NCBI GenBank assembly: GCA_016208745.1
Contig: JACQXN010000017.1
Location: 1 to 54,499, forward strand
DNA length: 54,499 nucleotides
Direction: 5' to 3'
Origin: Candidatus Portnoybacteria bacterium
GTDB taxonomy: Bacteria > Patescibacteriota > Minisyncoccia > Portnoybacterales > GWB1-42-6
The first letter of the stretch is position 1, and every line of letters begins with the position of its first letter. Of this stretch, positions 1 to 8,969 are shown one piece after another. The notes below the pieces were generated by a model. That model ran no database searches, was not told the origin of the DNA, and worked only from the letters and a program-made list of their open reading frames with translations. The position numbers were made by a program, and so were the translations under genes.

Positions 1-241
1 TTGGACTATTTAACATCTTTTCTCGTTCTTTATCTAAAACGCCGGTGATACTAAAACCAACGCCATCAATTTCCTCCTGTCCAATCCCGTCTGTTAAATC
101 GCTGTATAATCTTTTTACTAAATCCAAAAGGCCCTCAAGATTATCCGGCGAATCTTTGACTTGCGACTTGATTATTTTTTTATCTTTGACCAGCGCGGCT
201 TTTGTGCTTGAACCGCCAATGTCAAAACCTAAATAATACAT
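1..241 (-). CDS. ROK-family sugar kinase (glucokinase-like), N-terminal fragment; gene continues beyond the left edge
   Basis: Own translation of the minus strand from ATG 241-239 gives MYYLGFDIGGSSTKAALVKDKKII...GVGFSITGVLD. The DIGG(S/T) phosphate-1 motif is typical of ROK/ASKHA kinases. It is absent from the ORF track because there is no stop in the window. Confidence 0.55.
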   Translation of the reverse strand, partial: MYYLGFDIGGSSTKAALVKDKKIIKSQVKDSPDNLEGLLDLVKRLYSDLTDGIGQEEIDGVGFSITGVLDKEREKMLNSP

Positions 242-327
242 GGTTTCTCTACGGATTACCGATTGTTTACGGATATACGGATTCAATTTATCTTCTGTAA
301 ATTGTGATTTTTATCTGTATATCTGTA

Positions 328-1317
328 TTAATCCGTATTCTGTAGCGCTTTTACGTATTCCCAATATTCCTCGTGCCCATTTTGTTTTAAATAATTCCAC
401 CACTCCACTCCCCATAAATAGTATTCTGAAAAACCGGTTTTTTTAGCGTAGTCAATTGTCTTTTGAAATTCATTTAAACTGAAAAGTTCTATCTGTTCAT
501 CTGGCGTCATCTCATAAATTTGTTTTTTGCCCCAGGGCTCGCCTTGCAATTCAATAACGATAAATGGTTTCTCTTGCCCGACAAAAAATCGCGCGATTCT
601 CTCTTTGGCCCGGAAAAATCCAGCTGGAATGGGATATTTATAAGAGCCGACCCAATCGTGCCAAACCCAGCGATACATTGTTGTGCCAAAAATATCCGCT
701 CTTTTAGCCGCTTTAATCCAAATGCTTAGCTCCCCGCTATCTGTTATTATTATAGGCCTTTTATCAAGGACGCGCACTTTTTCAATTTCTTTGTCCAAAA
801 AACTGGAATCATAAGCCGGGCAATCGCCAAATTTTAAAAATGGCTCATTCTCAACCTGCCAGGCAAAAATTGCGGAATTGTTTTTATAGCGATTGATAAC
901 CGCTTCAATATATGCTAACCGCTCTGAATTTGCGGCTTCGGTTTCTTGGTTTTTTGACCATTCGGGCACATGGCATTCGGGCCAACGCGGCAGTCTCAAG
1001 CCAACGGCTAAAATAATTTTTACATTGCGCTTTGCGGCTTCATTTATCTGCCAATCCAAATCATTAAAATCAAAAGTATCTTTTTGCGGTTCAACTTCCG
1101 GCCAATAAGCAACGAGGCGAATTTGCTTAATTTTTAAATCATCTAAAATTTCAGGATACGCTTTCTTCCAGTCTAAGTTTAATTTTTGGGCAAAGGGCTT
1201 GGAAAATGTCACTCCCCATTTAATTTCGCGATTAGGATCAGCTGTTTCGCGAGAAAGATAAAAAAGCGCGCCGACGATAATTCCTAGGATTATTAAAAGT
1301 GTAAAAAATTTTTTCAT
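328..1317 (-). CDS. Membrane-anchored glycoside hydrolase, GH-A clan TIM-barrel type (GH5/cellulase-like; family tentative)
   Basis: N-terminal hydrophobic anchor (FFTLLIILGIIVGALFYL) and a WQVENEP acid/base-type motif. The length fits a single (beta/alpha)8 domain. Confidence 0.55.
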   Translation of the reverse strand: MKKFFTLLIILGIIVGALFYLSRETADPNREIKWGVTFSKPFAQKLNLDWKKAYPEILDDLKIKQIRLVAYWPEVEPQKDTFDFNDLDWQINEAAKRNVKIILAVGLRLPRWPECHVPEWSKNQETEAANSERLAYIEAVINRYKNNSAIFAWQVENEPFLKFGDCPAYDSSFLDKEIEKVRVLDKRPIIITDSGELSIWIKAAKRADIFGTTMYRWVWHDWVGSYKYPIPAGFFRAKERIARFFVGQEKPFIVIELQGEPWGKKQIYEMTPDEQIELFSLNEFQKTIDYAKKTGFSEYYLWGVEWWNYLKQNGHEEYWEYVKALQNTD

Positions 1318-1331
1318 ATTAACACATTTAT

Positions 1332-1372
1332 CCCCTGAGCGAAGGTCGCCGTAGGCGGCCGCAGTCGAAGGG
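1332..1372. repeat. GC-rich hairpin module (cctgagcgaagg...cgcagtcgaagg), left copy flanking the GIY-YIG gene
   Basis: Its ends (cctgagcg.ag / gtcgaagg) are shared with the inverted copy at 1646-1688. It has an internal cgcc-gta-ggcg hairpin. Confidence 0.65.
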
Positions 1373-1705
1373 TTACCATTTTCCCCATTCGCCCCTAATA
1401 AGTTTTTCTTTCTTTTCGCGCGTCCAGCCTTTTATTTGTTTTTCACGCCTCCTCGCTTCTTCTAGATTATTAAATTCTTCCAGATAAACAACTTCTTCTG
1501 GTTTATGTTGTGATGTAAATTTTGAACCGAGGCCGGATAAATGCTGAATCCAACGAGTGTCTGGTTTCCAAGTTAAACCGGTATAATAGAGTTTATCTCT
1601 GCATCTTATTATATATAATATACCATCTCCACTCCATTTGATTAGCCTTCGACTACGCGTCCCGCAAAAGCGGGACGCTGCGCTCAGGCAATAAAATAGC
1701 TTCAA
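1373..1705 (-). CDS. GIY-YIG nuclease family protein (UPF0213-like)
   Basis: ILYIIRCRDKLYYTGLT ... LEEARRREKQIKGWTREKK matches the GIY-YIG small-nuclease pattern. The first ~20 codons are encoded by the hairpin repeat at 1646-1688, so the true start is uncertain. Confidence 0.65.
   Translation of the reverse strand: MKLFYCLSAASRFCGTRSRRLIKWSGDGILYIIRCRDKLYYTGLTWKPDTRWIQHLSGLGSKFTSQHKPEEVVYLEEFNNLEEARRREKQIKGWTREKKEKLIRGEWGKW
1646..1688. repeat. GC-rich hairpin module, inverted copy of 1332-1372 (inside the 5' end of the GIY-YIG ORF)
   Basis: The reverse complement reads cctgagcgcagc-gtcccgcttttgcgggac-gcgtagtcgaagg. Termini match the left copy, while the central hairpin sequence differs but still pairs. 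Confidence 0.65.
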
Positions 1706-2595
1706 GTCGCCAAAATCACCAACCCCGCCCCGATTAATAAAATTGCCAATAATTTCTGGATTATAATTTTTGTTGTTACTTTTTCATGAATAATCTGCGG
1801 GAATTTTTTTGAAAGCATCGCCGTTAAAATTAGCAAAAATACATATTGGACCCCCTGCAAGGCGTTAACCAAAGAAACGCTGCCAAGCGAAATAGCAAAG
1901 CTAACCATAACTGTTGCCCCGCCAGCCACCGCTTTATTTGAAATTAGAAGCAAGCTCATACCGCCTTTTGACTGCTTGCCGGAGCCAAAAATGGCGTGGC
2001 GCAATTCTTGTGGTATCAAGAAAAGCAGAGCTGTCAAAAAACTGCCGATTCTTGTCCAGATAAAACCGCTAATAAAATCCTGATGCATAAAGACATATTT
2101 TGTTAAAACCAGCGAAATTGCCGTTAAGATAACCGCTATAATAATAAACCTGAATCTTTTTTCTTTTTTTCTCTGCGGCTCTTTTTTAAACGAAACCAGA
2201 AAACCGCCAGCAACTAAAAGCAGAAAGGCTAAAATTTGCGTTGTTGACAGCCGTTCGCCCAGAAATAAAAATGATAAACCCAAAACCACAATCGGCGTTA
2301 GCCCCCCAAAAGTTAGGAAAACTCTCGAGGCCGAACCAATATCAACCGCCTCAAAAAGATACCAAAGACCAATCAAAAATGTCGCGCCAGCCAAAAGAGC
2401 GATTAGAACTTGCCCCAGCCCTGGCCAATAAAAGCCGAATGGCGCTAGAACAAAAGCAAAAATACTTAAAAAACCGATATAGAAAGTATAAACTGCCGGT
2501 CGGGTTGTCGCCCGCTGGCTCAATAAAAATTTATCAACCACCGATACGGCAGCGTTTAAAAAATAACCAAAAATGGCAAATAAAAACCAAGTCAT
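1702..2595 (-). CDS. EamA/DMT-family transporter
   Basis: Multi-pass hydrophobic protein with a two-halves organisation typical of EamA domains. It overlaps the downstream gene by 4 nt. Confidence 0.6.
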   Translation of the reverse strand: MTWFLFAIFGYFLNAAVSVVDKFLLSQRATTRPAVYTFYIGFLSIFAFVLAPFGFYWPGLGQVLIALLAGATFLIGLWYLFEAVDIGSASRVFLTFGGLTPIVVLGLSFLFLGERLSTTQILAFLLLVAGGFLVSFKKEPQRKKEKRFRFIIIAVILTAISLVLTKYVFMHQDFISGFIWTRIGSFLTALLFLIPQELRHAIFGSGKQSKGGMSLLLISNKAVAGGATVMVSFAISLGSVSLVNALQGVQYVFLLILTAMLSKKFPQIIHEKVTTKIIIQKLLAILLIGAGLVILAT

Positions 2596-2601
2596 AGGAA
2601 A

Positions 2602-3396
2602 TTAATACAGAAACTTATTAAAAAATATATGCTTTAATCTGTTTAATAACAGAATTATAAATCCTCTATTTTTAAAATGTTTTTCAAAAAAATATTTATC
2701 AGAAGCGTCAAAGAATTCGCTTTTTGCCGCGACCACAGAACCAAAATGGAAAACCTTTATCTGCGGGTTATAAAAAATCCTAAACCCTTCTTGTTTAATC
2801 CTCAAACACAGGTCTTCCTCTTCTTTATAGAGAAAAAACCCTTCATCAAAACCGCCAACTTTATTAAAAACATCTCTAGATACTAATAAAAAGGCGCCAG
2901 AAACCCAAGCGACTTCACTTATAGTATTAATATTCCTCCAATGGCTACCGCCAAATTTTTCGGAAAACCAGCCCCAAATCCCATTTAATTCTCCGTGATC
3001 CCAATGCTGACTCCCCTTATCATCAAGTAATTTCGGACCCACAACAGCAACTCTATTATCGCTCTCTTTTTCTATAAAATTATACAATCTTTTAATGGTT
3101 AATGGCTCTATGAATTTCAAATCTGGGTTAAGAATTAAAATATGTTTGCTTTCGTTTCTTTTTGCTAAAAAATTATGTCCCGCTCCAAAACCAAGATTTT
3201 TTTCGGATTTATAGAGTTCTAGGATATCCGCGTGTTCATTAGCTAAATCGCTTAAATCATCCCTTGAGTCATTATCTAAAACATGAATCTTATAGGAAAT
3301 GACGCATCCCTTTAAGCCATTAATAATATCATTAATGCAGTTAATAAGGTATTTTTTGGTATTATAATTAACAATCTGTATTGCTATATCGTTCAT
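2602..3396 (-). CDS. Glycosyltransferase family 2
   Basis: IQIVNYNTKKYL...VLDNDSRDD...GFGAGHNF...EDLCLR is the GT-A fold pattern with DxD-like motifs. Confidence 0.75.
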   Translation of the reverse strand: MNDIAIQIVNYNTKKYLINCINDIINGLKGCVISYKIHVLDNDSRDDLSDLANEHADILELYKSEKNLGFGAGHNFLAKRNESKHILILNPDLKFIEPLTIKRLYNFIEKESDNRVAVVGPKLLDDKGSQHWDHGELNGIWGWFSEKFGGSHWRNINTISEVAWVSGAFLLVSRDVFNKVGGFDEGFFLYKEEEDLCLRIKQEGFRIFYNPQIKVFHFGSVVAAKSEFFDASDKYFFEKHFKNRGFIILLLNRLKHIFFNKFLY

Positions 3397-3398
3397 TA

Positions 3399-4670
3399 TT
3401 AATTGTCGATTGAATTATTTTTGCAAATTTTTGCGTATTCCAAAGCGCTTGGTCTAATTTTGCGTTCTAGAGTTTTATAATCAACTTCTATTAGCCCAAA
3501 CCGCGGCCAGAAACCATCGCTCCATTCAAAATTATCCATAAAAGACCAATAAAAATGTCCCTTAATATCAACCCCCTCTTCTATCGCCTTATGAATCCAG
3601 CGACAATATTCTTTAATATACATCACTCTCTTTTCATCTTTGGCATCGGCGATGCCGTTTTCGGTTATAAAAACTGGCTTATCGTATTTTTTTAAAATCT
3701 TTAACATCTCATAAATCCCTTGCGGGTAAATCTCCCATCCCATATCGCTTACCCCTAGTTTATTTTCGTTATACTGAAACCATTTCCAAGAAATAAAAGG
3801 ATTGAGACGAATACGCGAATGAAAATAATAATTTAAACCGATAAAGTCGGTGTTTCTTATAACCATTGGAACAAATTGCTTATTCCGATACCAGTTTAAA
3901 ATCCTTTTAGCGAGTAAATTATGCGGCCAACGATTGTATGATTCAAAAAATACCAGACTTTCGGCAAACCCAACTATAGCTTTATCGCCGATAATTTTAT
4001 GAATTAATTGATAAGCGTTATTATGCGTTCGCGCAAGCACCTTTAAAGCCTTAAAAGCCTTAAAAATATTTCTTTCTTGAGGAATCCTTATCGCCTGTAT
4101 ATATCCGTGCCGAACAACCGTCTCCGGTTCGTTAAATGTAATCCAAAAGCTAATTTCATTTTTAAATTCCGAGACTATTTTTTGAACAAAATTTAAAAAT
4201 GACTTCTCTGCTTCAGGATGCAGCCAACCGCCCCGTTTTGTAAACCAAGAAGGATGCGTATAATGCCATAATGTCACAAACGGCTCAATGCCGCGCGATT
4301 TTAAAGCTTGAATTACTTTGCGGTAGTGCTCAATTTCCGCTTCGTCAAATTTCCCTTCTTCTGGCTCAATGCGGCTCCATTCAATTGAAAAACGATGGGC
4401 ATTTTGACCCAGTTGCTTGGCAATATCAAAATCCTGCTCATAGCGATTGTAATGGTCGCAGGCGCGGCCGGAAATATAATTTTCCGGTTGGAGAGGATTT
4501 GGGTAATTTCTTAGAATATAATCCGGCCATTTCTTGCTATCGGCTATGTGCGATAAGCTATTGGCCATTTTCTTCTCCCACTCTGTCCAATCGTTTAAAT
4601 TTCCTCCTTCAACCTGATGAGCCGAAGTGGCCGAACCCCATAAAAATCCGTTGGGAAATTTTAGTTCCAT
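3399..4670 (-). CDS. GH1 beta-glucosidase/beta-galactosidase
   Basis: FLWGSATSAHQVEG at the N-terminus, TFNEP (acid/base) and ITENG (nucleophile) motifs. Confidence 0.9.
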   Translation of the reverse strand: MELKFPNGFLWGSATSAHQVEGGNLNDWTEWEKKMANSLSHIADSKKWPDYILRNYPNPLQPENYISGRACDHYNRYEQDFDIAKQLGQNAHRFSIEWSRIEPEEGKFDEAEIEHYRKVIQALKSRGIEPFVTLWHYTHPSWFTKRGGWLHPEAEKSFLNFVQKIVSEFKNEISFWITFNEPETVVRHGYIQAIRIPQERNIFKAFKALKVLARTHNNAYQLIHKIIGDKAIVGFAESLVFFESYNRWPHNLLAKRILNWYRNKQFVPMVIRNTDFIGLNYYFHSRIRLNPFISWKWFQYNENKLGVSDMGWEIYPQGIYEMLKILKKYDKPVFITENGIADAKDEKRVMYIKEYCRWIHKAIEEGVDIKGHFYWSFMDNFEWSDGFWPRFGLIEVDYKTLERKIRPSALEYAKICKNNSIDN

Positions 4671-5009
4671 ATATTAATTATAAACTAAAATACAGCTTAA
4701 GGTTAATTTTTTATCCCCACACCTTTCCGGCTATTTTTTTAAACCCTGCTATGGGGCTCATTAGTATAATAAATCATCTTAGCGAAGTCAGATGTATAGC
4801 TATAAGGTATGAGGATCTATTCACAGGCATCATATAAATAAAATTGTGGATAACCTCACTTGTTGCTTTTCCCTGCTATGCGATAATAAAGGTAGCTAGA
4901 TTGCAAATAAAAATTAAACTAAAACTAAATAAAAAAATAATGTAGAATAAACAACGCGAATCAGAAAGATTTTCTGTTTTTGCGTAGTTTGTTATACGCA
5001 ATATAATAT

Positions 5010-5558
5010 ATGAAAAAGTTCTCAGAATCTCAGTGGTTTCTTCCGATAATAGCGGCAGCCCTTTCAATGGCTTTCTCAATTGTCGGATTAACCCAAGCCA
5101 CCACTATTGGCACCAACATTGATACTGGCGGCGAGCTAACTGTCAGCGGCGTAATCAATGCTACAAGCACTCTGCGCCTAGATGGAGCTGCCACCTTTAA
5201 TGGAGCCGTAACCTTGGGCGATGCTTATGCTGACACATTAACCTTAACCGGAAGAATCGGTAGCGCGGTTTATGCTTCAAGCACCCTTCAGGCAACAGGC
5301 GCGGCCAGATTATACAGCACCCTCCGGATAGATGGCACAACAACATTTGCTGGCGAGACTAGCCTAACCGCCACCTCCACGGCGACCGCTATCTTTATTC
5401 CTGCTAGCTACGCCACTCTCGGAGCTACCCCAAACTGCAGCGCGACCTCTGGCGCCACTGGCGGCATAATTTATAACTCAACTGGCAATTGGCTGTGCGT
5501 TTGCGATGGCACTTCTTGGAAAGTTGCTTCTTCTTCAACAGATGTTTGTTTTCATTAA
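5010..5558 (+). CDS. Secreted Thr/Gly/Ala-rich repeat protein (beta-helix or fibre-like), function unknown
   Basis: Signal-peptide-like N-terminus (...SIVGLTQA). Recurring STLRLDGAATFNGAVTL / STLRIDGTTTFAGETSL units and a Cys-containing C-terminal module (GGIIYNSTGNWLCVCDGTSWKV). Confidence 0.5.
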   Translation: MKKFSESQWFLPIIAAALSMAFSIVGLTQATTIGTNIDTGGELTVSGVINATSTLRLDGAATFNGAVTLGDAYADTLTLTGRIGSAVYASSTLQATGAARLYSTLRIDGTTTFAGETSLTATSTATAIFIPASYATLGATPNCSATSGATGGIIYNSTGNWLCVCDGTSWKVASSSTDVCFH

Positions 5559-5720
5559 ACACGGCTAATCGGATAAGCTAAAAACCTATGCCCAGTAATA
5601 CAACTTCCAGTAAATTTTTATAAATTTATAGAGAAGCACACATCTGGGCTTACGACTTTCAGAGGTATAAGCGTCGAATGTAAAAATCGGAGCCTGACTC
5701 TGGAAGTCGATATACCGGGT

Positions 5721-6833
5721 ATGAAAAAAAATATTATCTTTATCCTCCTGGGTTTTGTTCTCTCTGCCACGGCCGCTTTTGCCGCTTATAATAGCTTTAT
5801 TGCCAATGGCGATATTACAGTGCAAAACGTACAAGGAGACGGGCTGACAGCAGATTTCAAAATTTTTAATGGATCAACCGCAGAAAGCTGGACTATCAAT
5901 AGTTCCGGGCGATTTTCGGTTAGTATATTAGATGGCTCGTCTTTTATGACCGGCTCGGCTGATTCAGATGTGAAGGCCATTGTTTATGGCACAGGCGAAG
6001 GCGCAGACTCTTGCGCAGAAAACGCAACCCCGGGCACTACATATATAACTCTGGAAACTGCTGGGGGCTATACCATTACGCCAAAAAGCAGTGCTTGTTG
6101 TGCAACGGTCGCCCACGCCTTAACTTATCACGAATATCCAAGCTGCGGCGCGGCCACTTGCGAAACTGGTTACTATGTTAACGGTGGAGTGTGCTACACC
6201 ATAAGCGGTGGTGGTGGAGGCGGAGGCGGAAGCATCGCTCCAACACCGACAACAACAACATATCCTAACGGCACCCTGCTTCGGGCAAATAATTCCGATA
6301 AAGTTTATTTAATTGACGCTGGCCAAAAACGCTGGATACCAACAGGTGAAATTTTTACTGGCAATGGTTATTCCTGGTCAAGCATTAAGGTTGTTGAGCC
6401 AAGCGTGGTTTCTCAATATACCGAAGGCGTAAATGTTCAAATGGCAACGCAAGCCGATCAAACCTCAATTCCTGAAGGCGCTATCATTCGCGCCAATGGC
6501 GACATAGATGTCTATATTGTAAAATATGTAGGCGCCAAAAAGTTTAAACGGCTTGTCTTAAGCCCTTCTGTGTTTAATAGCTACGGCCACCTCAAATGGA
6601 GTGACATTAAAGACATTGATAAATCAGTCGCTGATTCATTTGTTGTTTCCGACCTTGTCCGGGCCGTTAATGATTCAAAGGTTTACAAACTTTATCCCTC
6701 TGGCGACACCGGAGAAAAACGCTGGGTTAAAACCGCCAATGTTTTCACGCAAATGAACCTTGATTGGGATTCAATCTATGAAATAAACCAAACCGACAGA
6801 AATTCATATAATGACGCTTCTGCATTAGAATAA
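5721..6833 (+). CDS. Secreted protein with a Cys-rich N-domain, poly-Gly/Thr linker and three ~55-aa C-terminal repeats
   Basis: Signal peptide (LSATAAFA) and linker SGGGGGGGGSIAPTPTTTT. There are three repeats of the type (R)AxNxxKVYLIxxGxKRWIxxxxVFxxxGYxWxxI. Confidence 0.55.
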   Translation: MKKNIIFILLGFVLSATAAFAAYNSFIANGDITVQNVQGDGLTADFKIFNGSTAESWTINSSGRFSVSILDGSSFMTGSADSDVKAIVYGTGEGADSCAENATPGTTYITLETAGGYTITPKSSACCATVAHALTYHEYPSCGAATCETGYYVNGGVCYTISGGGGGGGGSIAPTPTTTTYPNGTLLRANNSDKVYLIDAGQKRWIPTGEIFTGNGYSWSSIKVVEPSVVSQYTEGVNVQMATQADQTSIPEGAIIRANGDIDVYIVKYVGAKKFKRLVLSPSVFNSYGHLKWSDIKDIDKSVADSFVVSDLVRAVNDSKVYKLYPSGDTGEKRWVKTANVFTQMNLDWDSIYEINQTDRNSYNDASALE

Positions 6834-6855
6834 TGGATTCCTACACGAAAAACAC

Positions 6856-6887
6856 AAAAACACCCCGCAAAATGCGGGGTGTTTTTA
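6856..6887 (+). terminator. Rho-independent terminator of the 5721-6833 gene
   Basis: acaccccgc-aaaat-gcggggtgt followed by tttt. Confidence 0.75.
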
Positions 6888-6892
6888 ATTAA

Positions 6893-7055
6893 TTTGAATT
6901 ACAAAATTCGTTTTTCCCTCCCCTCAGACTTGCCCCGTTAACCGGGGCGAAGGAGGGGTAGGATGGGGTGTTGATTTTATGTTTAACACCACCCCCTCTT
7001 AATCTCCCCCTCAACTGAGGGGGAGAGGCAAAATGGGAGTTTCGTAATTAAGGAT
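6893..7055. mobile_element. MITE-like composite hairpin island E1 with termini tttgaattacaaaattcg ... gagtttcgtaattaaggat
   Basis: The same termini recur at 32274-32476. The interior consists of GC-rich hairpins (ccccgttaaccgggg; ggggtgttgattttatgtttaacaccacccc; ctccccctcaactgagggggag). Confidence 0.6.
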
Positions 7056-7062
7056 GTTTAAT

Positions 7063-7287
7063 CTATTTATTATCTTCTCTTTTAACAACCGTATAAACTC
7101 CGTCTTTATGCGTCACCGAATAATTCTTTCCTAGCTGCGTCTCAAACTGCGCCTCGCCACGCCTTTTAGCCTCGCTGAACAAAACTTTCGCCTCTTCTGG
7201 ATCGATCTTCTTGCTTATATACTCGTAACCCTTCTTGTCTTTATCGTCATATTTTGTTATATGACCATGAAAATCTGTTTTTGACAT
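7063..7287 (-). CDS. Hypothetical small charged protein (74 aa)
   Basis: Clean ORF in a gene-dense context, with no recognisable motif. Confidence 0.35.
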   Translation of the reverse strand: MSKTDFHGHITKYDDKDKKGYEYISKKIDPEEAKVLFSEAKRRGEAQFETQLGKNYSVTHKDGVYTVVKREDNK

Positions 7288-7386
7288 AGGTTTGATTATT
7301 AATAATTATAAGATTTCACAAATTATTATTTATCTTCCGGTCTAGAACCTACTCAGAGAAAAACCTAGAGCAATCTTAAAGCTATT

Positions 7387-8418
7387 TTACTGGCTCTCCC
7401 TCGAGCGAATCGTTAGAGTACTCGCGGTAGCCCTGATTAACGGCGTGCTACTATCAGTGGTAGTCGGTTCTACCCTCGTGTACATAATCGGATCAAAAAA
7501 CTCGACATCCTTAGATTCTAATGAAAAAGCGAAGTCTTTATTTAGAGCGGCTTCATTAATATCTACTAATAATTTAATTGTTCTGGTACCTGTATCAAAT
7601 TGTTTCGGCGTATCCGTAAGATCAAACTCGATAGCATCTAACTCCATCTTATTAACTGAGCTTCCAACTTGAACTCCATCTACAAAAAGGCGAAAATTAT
7701 ATAAATCGCCTGGGTTTATATTTCCAATTTGCCTAAAGACAATTTTTTCAAGGTTTACTTTTCTGTTATTTATAGTAACGGAATTGCGCCACGCCTCAAA
7801 GTTGTTTTGTGGAAAGACTACGCTATTTGAAGTCGGATATGTAGTGGTGGCGAATATAACCTCAGCTTCCATGAAATTAATGACGCCGAGCTTCTTTGTA
7901 TAACGCAAGACTGCCTGTAACGCACTGGCTCTCGCTTCAAGATTTTTGCTCCGACTTTTAAGACGTAAGTTCTCTCCATATAAAGTCTCGGCATACGACC
8001 TAATATCCTCTAAGCTAAGCTCTTGAAGCTTACGAGCCTCTTCCTCGCGTTTCTGCTCCTGCATCATCTTTTCGGCTTCTTCTTTTATCACTTCTTCTGG
8101 ATTTCGCAATATGCCTGCAAATCCAAAAAGATTAAATTTTCTCAAAGATAAGAAGGTGTAATTAAATACCTTACGAAAAGTCAGCAATAAAAAAAGTATC
8201 GTTAACGGCCAGATCAAGACCGTTAATATTTCTTTAAAGTCTCCGTATGTTTCCAATTGCCTTGCCCAATGTATAGCTAGCGGTAGAATTAAAAGGAGAG
8301 TCGCAAAGCCGATAATTGGAAGGGTGGGCGATATAATGCCTAGAAAATTTTTAATTTTTTTCATTGCGGTACTAAAAAGTAGAATGCCATTTATTGAATC
8401 TTCTAAATAGTGACTCAT
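7387..8418 (-). CDS. Hypothetical membrane protein: N-terminal TM helices, Glu/Lys coiled-coil, C-terminal beta-rich domain
   Basis: ORF translation only; no family recognised. An alternative start at the internal MKKIKNF is possible. Confidence 0.4.
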   Translation of the reverse strand: MSHYLEDSINGILLFSTAMKKIKNFLGIISPTLPIIGFATLLLILPLAIHWARQLETYGDFKEILTVLIWPLTILFLLLTFRKVFNYTFLSLRKFNLFGFAGILRNPEEVIKEEAEKMMQEQKREEEARKLQELSLEDIRSYAETLYGENLRLKSRSKNLEARASALQAVLRYTKKLGVINFMEAEVIFATTTYPTSNSVVFPQNNFEAWRNSVTINNRKVNLEKIVFRQIGNINPGDLYNFRLFVDGVQVGSSVNKMELDAIEFDLTDTPKQFDTGTRTIKLLVDINEAALNKDFAFSLESKDVEFFDPIMYTRVEPTTTDSSTPLIRATASTLTIRSRESQ

Positions 8419-8457
8419 AATAAGGGCTCACCAGCGTGGACGATGTTCGAACTCATT

Positions 8458-8877
8458 TTATAAAAAGCTCTTCAACAATCCACGTAATTCATTGATACTA
8501 GTTAAACATGAGTCTTGAAACTTAAATGATTTATATTGTTCTTCTTTACCGGTTATACTTTGCCCGTTTATTCTAATCACCGTATGACGCTTACTATAAT
8601 TAAAGGCAGTTAAAATAATCTTCGGACCAGAAAATAAATTATCATAAATATGAATATCGCGTCCCTTCACCGCTCCCTCTATATGATTTACATCCCAATC
8701 TGGTCTCAAAATCAAAAATTTAAAATAGAAGTCGGAAAATTTAGGTGGGTTTGAGCTAAAATTTAAATTAAAATCTTTCGCAAGATTTTTCATCATTATT
8801 TCCCGAATCTTATAACGGGTCGGCGCAATAGAAAAAATGACAAAAATTATTATTATTGCTATTAGCGCTTGCTCCAT
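8458..8877 (-). CDS. Hypothetical N-terminally anchored protein (139 aa)
   Basis: One N-terminal TM helix (LIAIIIIFVIFSIAP); no recognisable motif. Confidence 0.35.
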   Translation of the reverse strand: MEQALIAIIIIFVIFSIAPTRYKIREIMMKNLAKDFNLNFSSNPPKFSDFYFKFLILRPDWDVNHIEGAVKGRDIHIYDNLFSGPKIILTAFNYSKRHTVIRINGQSITGKEEQYKSFKFQDSCLTSINELRGLLKSFL

Positions 8878-8969
8878 AATTTTTCTTTTTAGTTTTTATC
8901 GGCTCCGGGACAGGGATTCCCGCCAGAGGCGGGCAGGCGAATCCCAATTTCCACGTCTCCCGCCCATAG

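Noticed and set aside
4271-4837. 188-aa plus-strand ORF, along with similar long antisense ORFs at 2241-2597, 11798-12151, 12359-12778, 24473-24895, 35101-35570 and 43699-44061
   Set aside because: Each lies antisense to a well-supported conserved gene (GH1, EamA, prfB, GT4, recJ, adk). They have low-complexity translations, no SD and no motif, and are typical shadow ORFs.
5586-5834. 82-aa minus-strand ORF between the two plus-strand secreted-protein genes
   Set aside because: It overlaps the 5' end of the 5721-6833 gene in antisense. It has no SD and a low-complexity translation.
5010-6833. Diversity-generating retroelement target (a variable C-terminal repeat in secreted proteins)
   Set aside because: There is no reverse transcriptase gene and no template/variable repeat pair with adenine-specific differences anywhere in the window. 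The three C-terminal repeats are ordinary divergent protein repeats.
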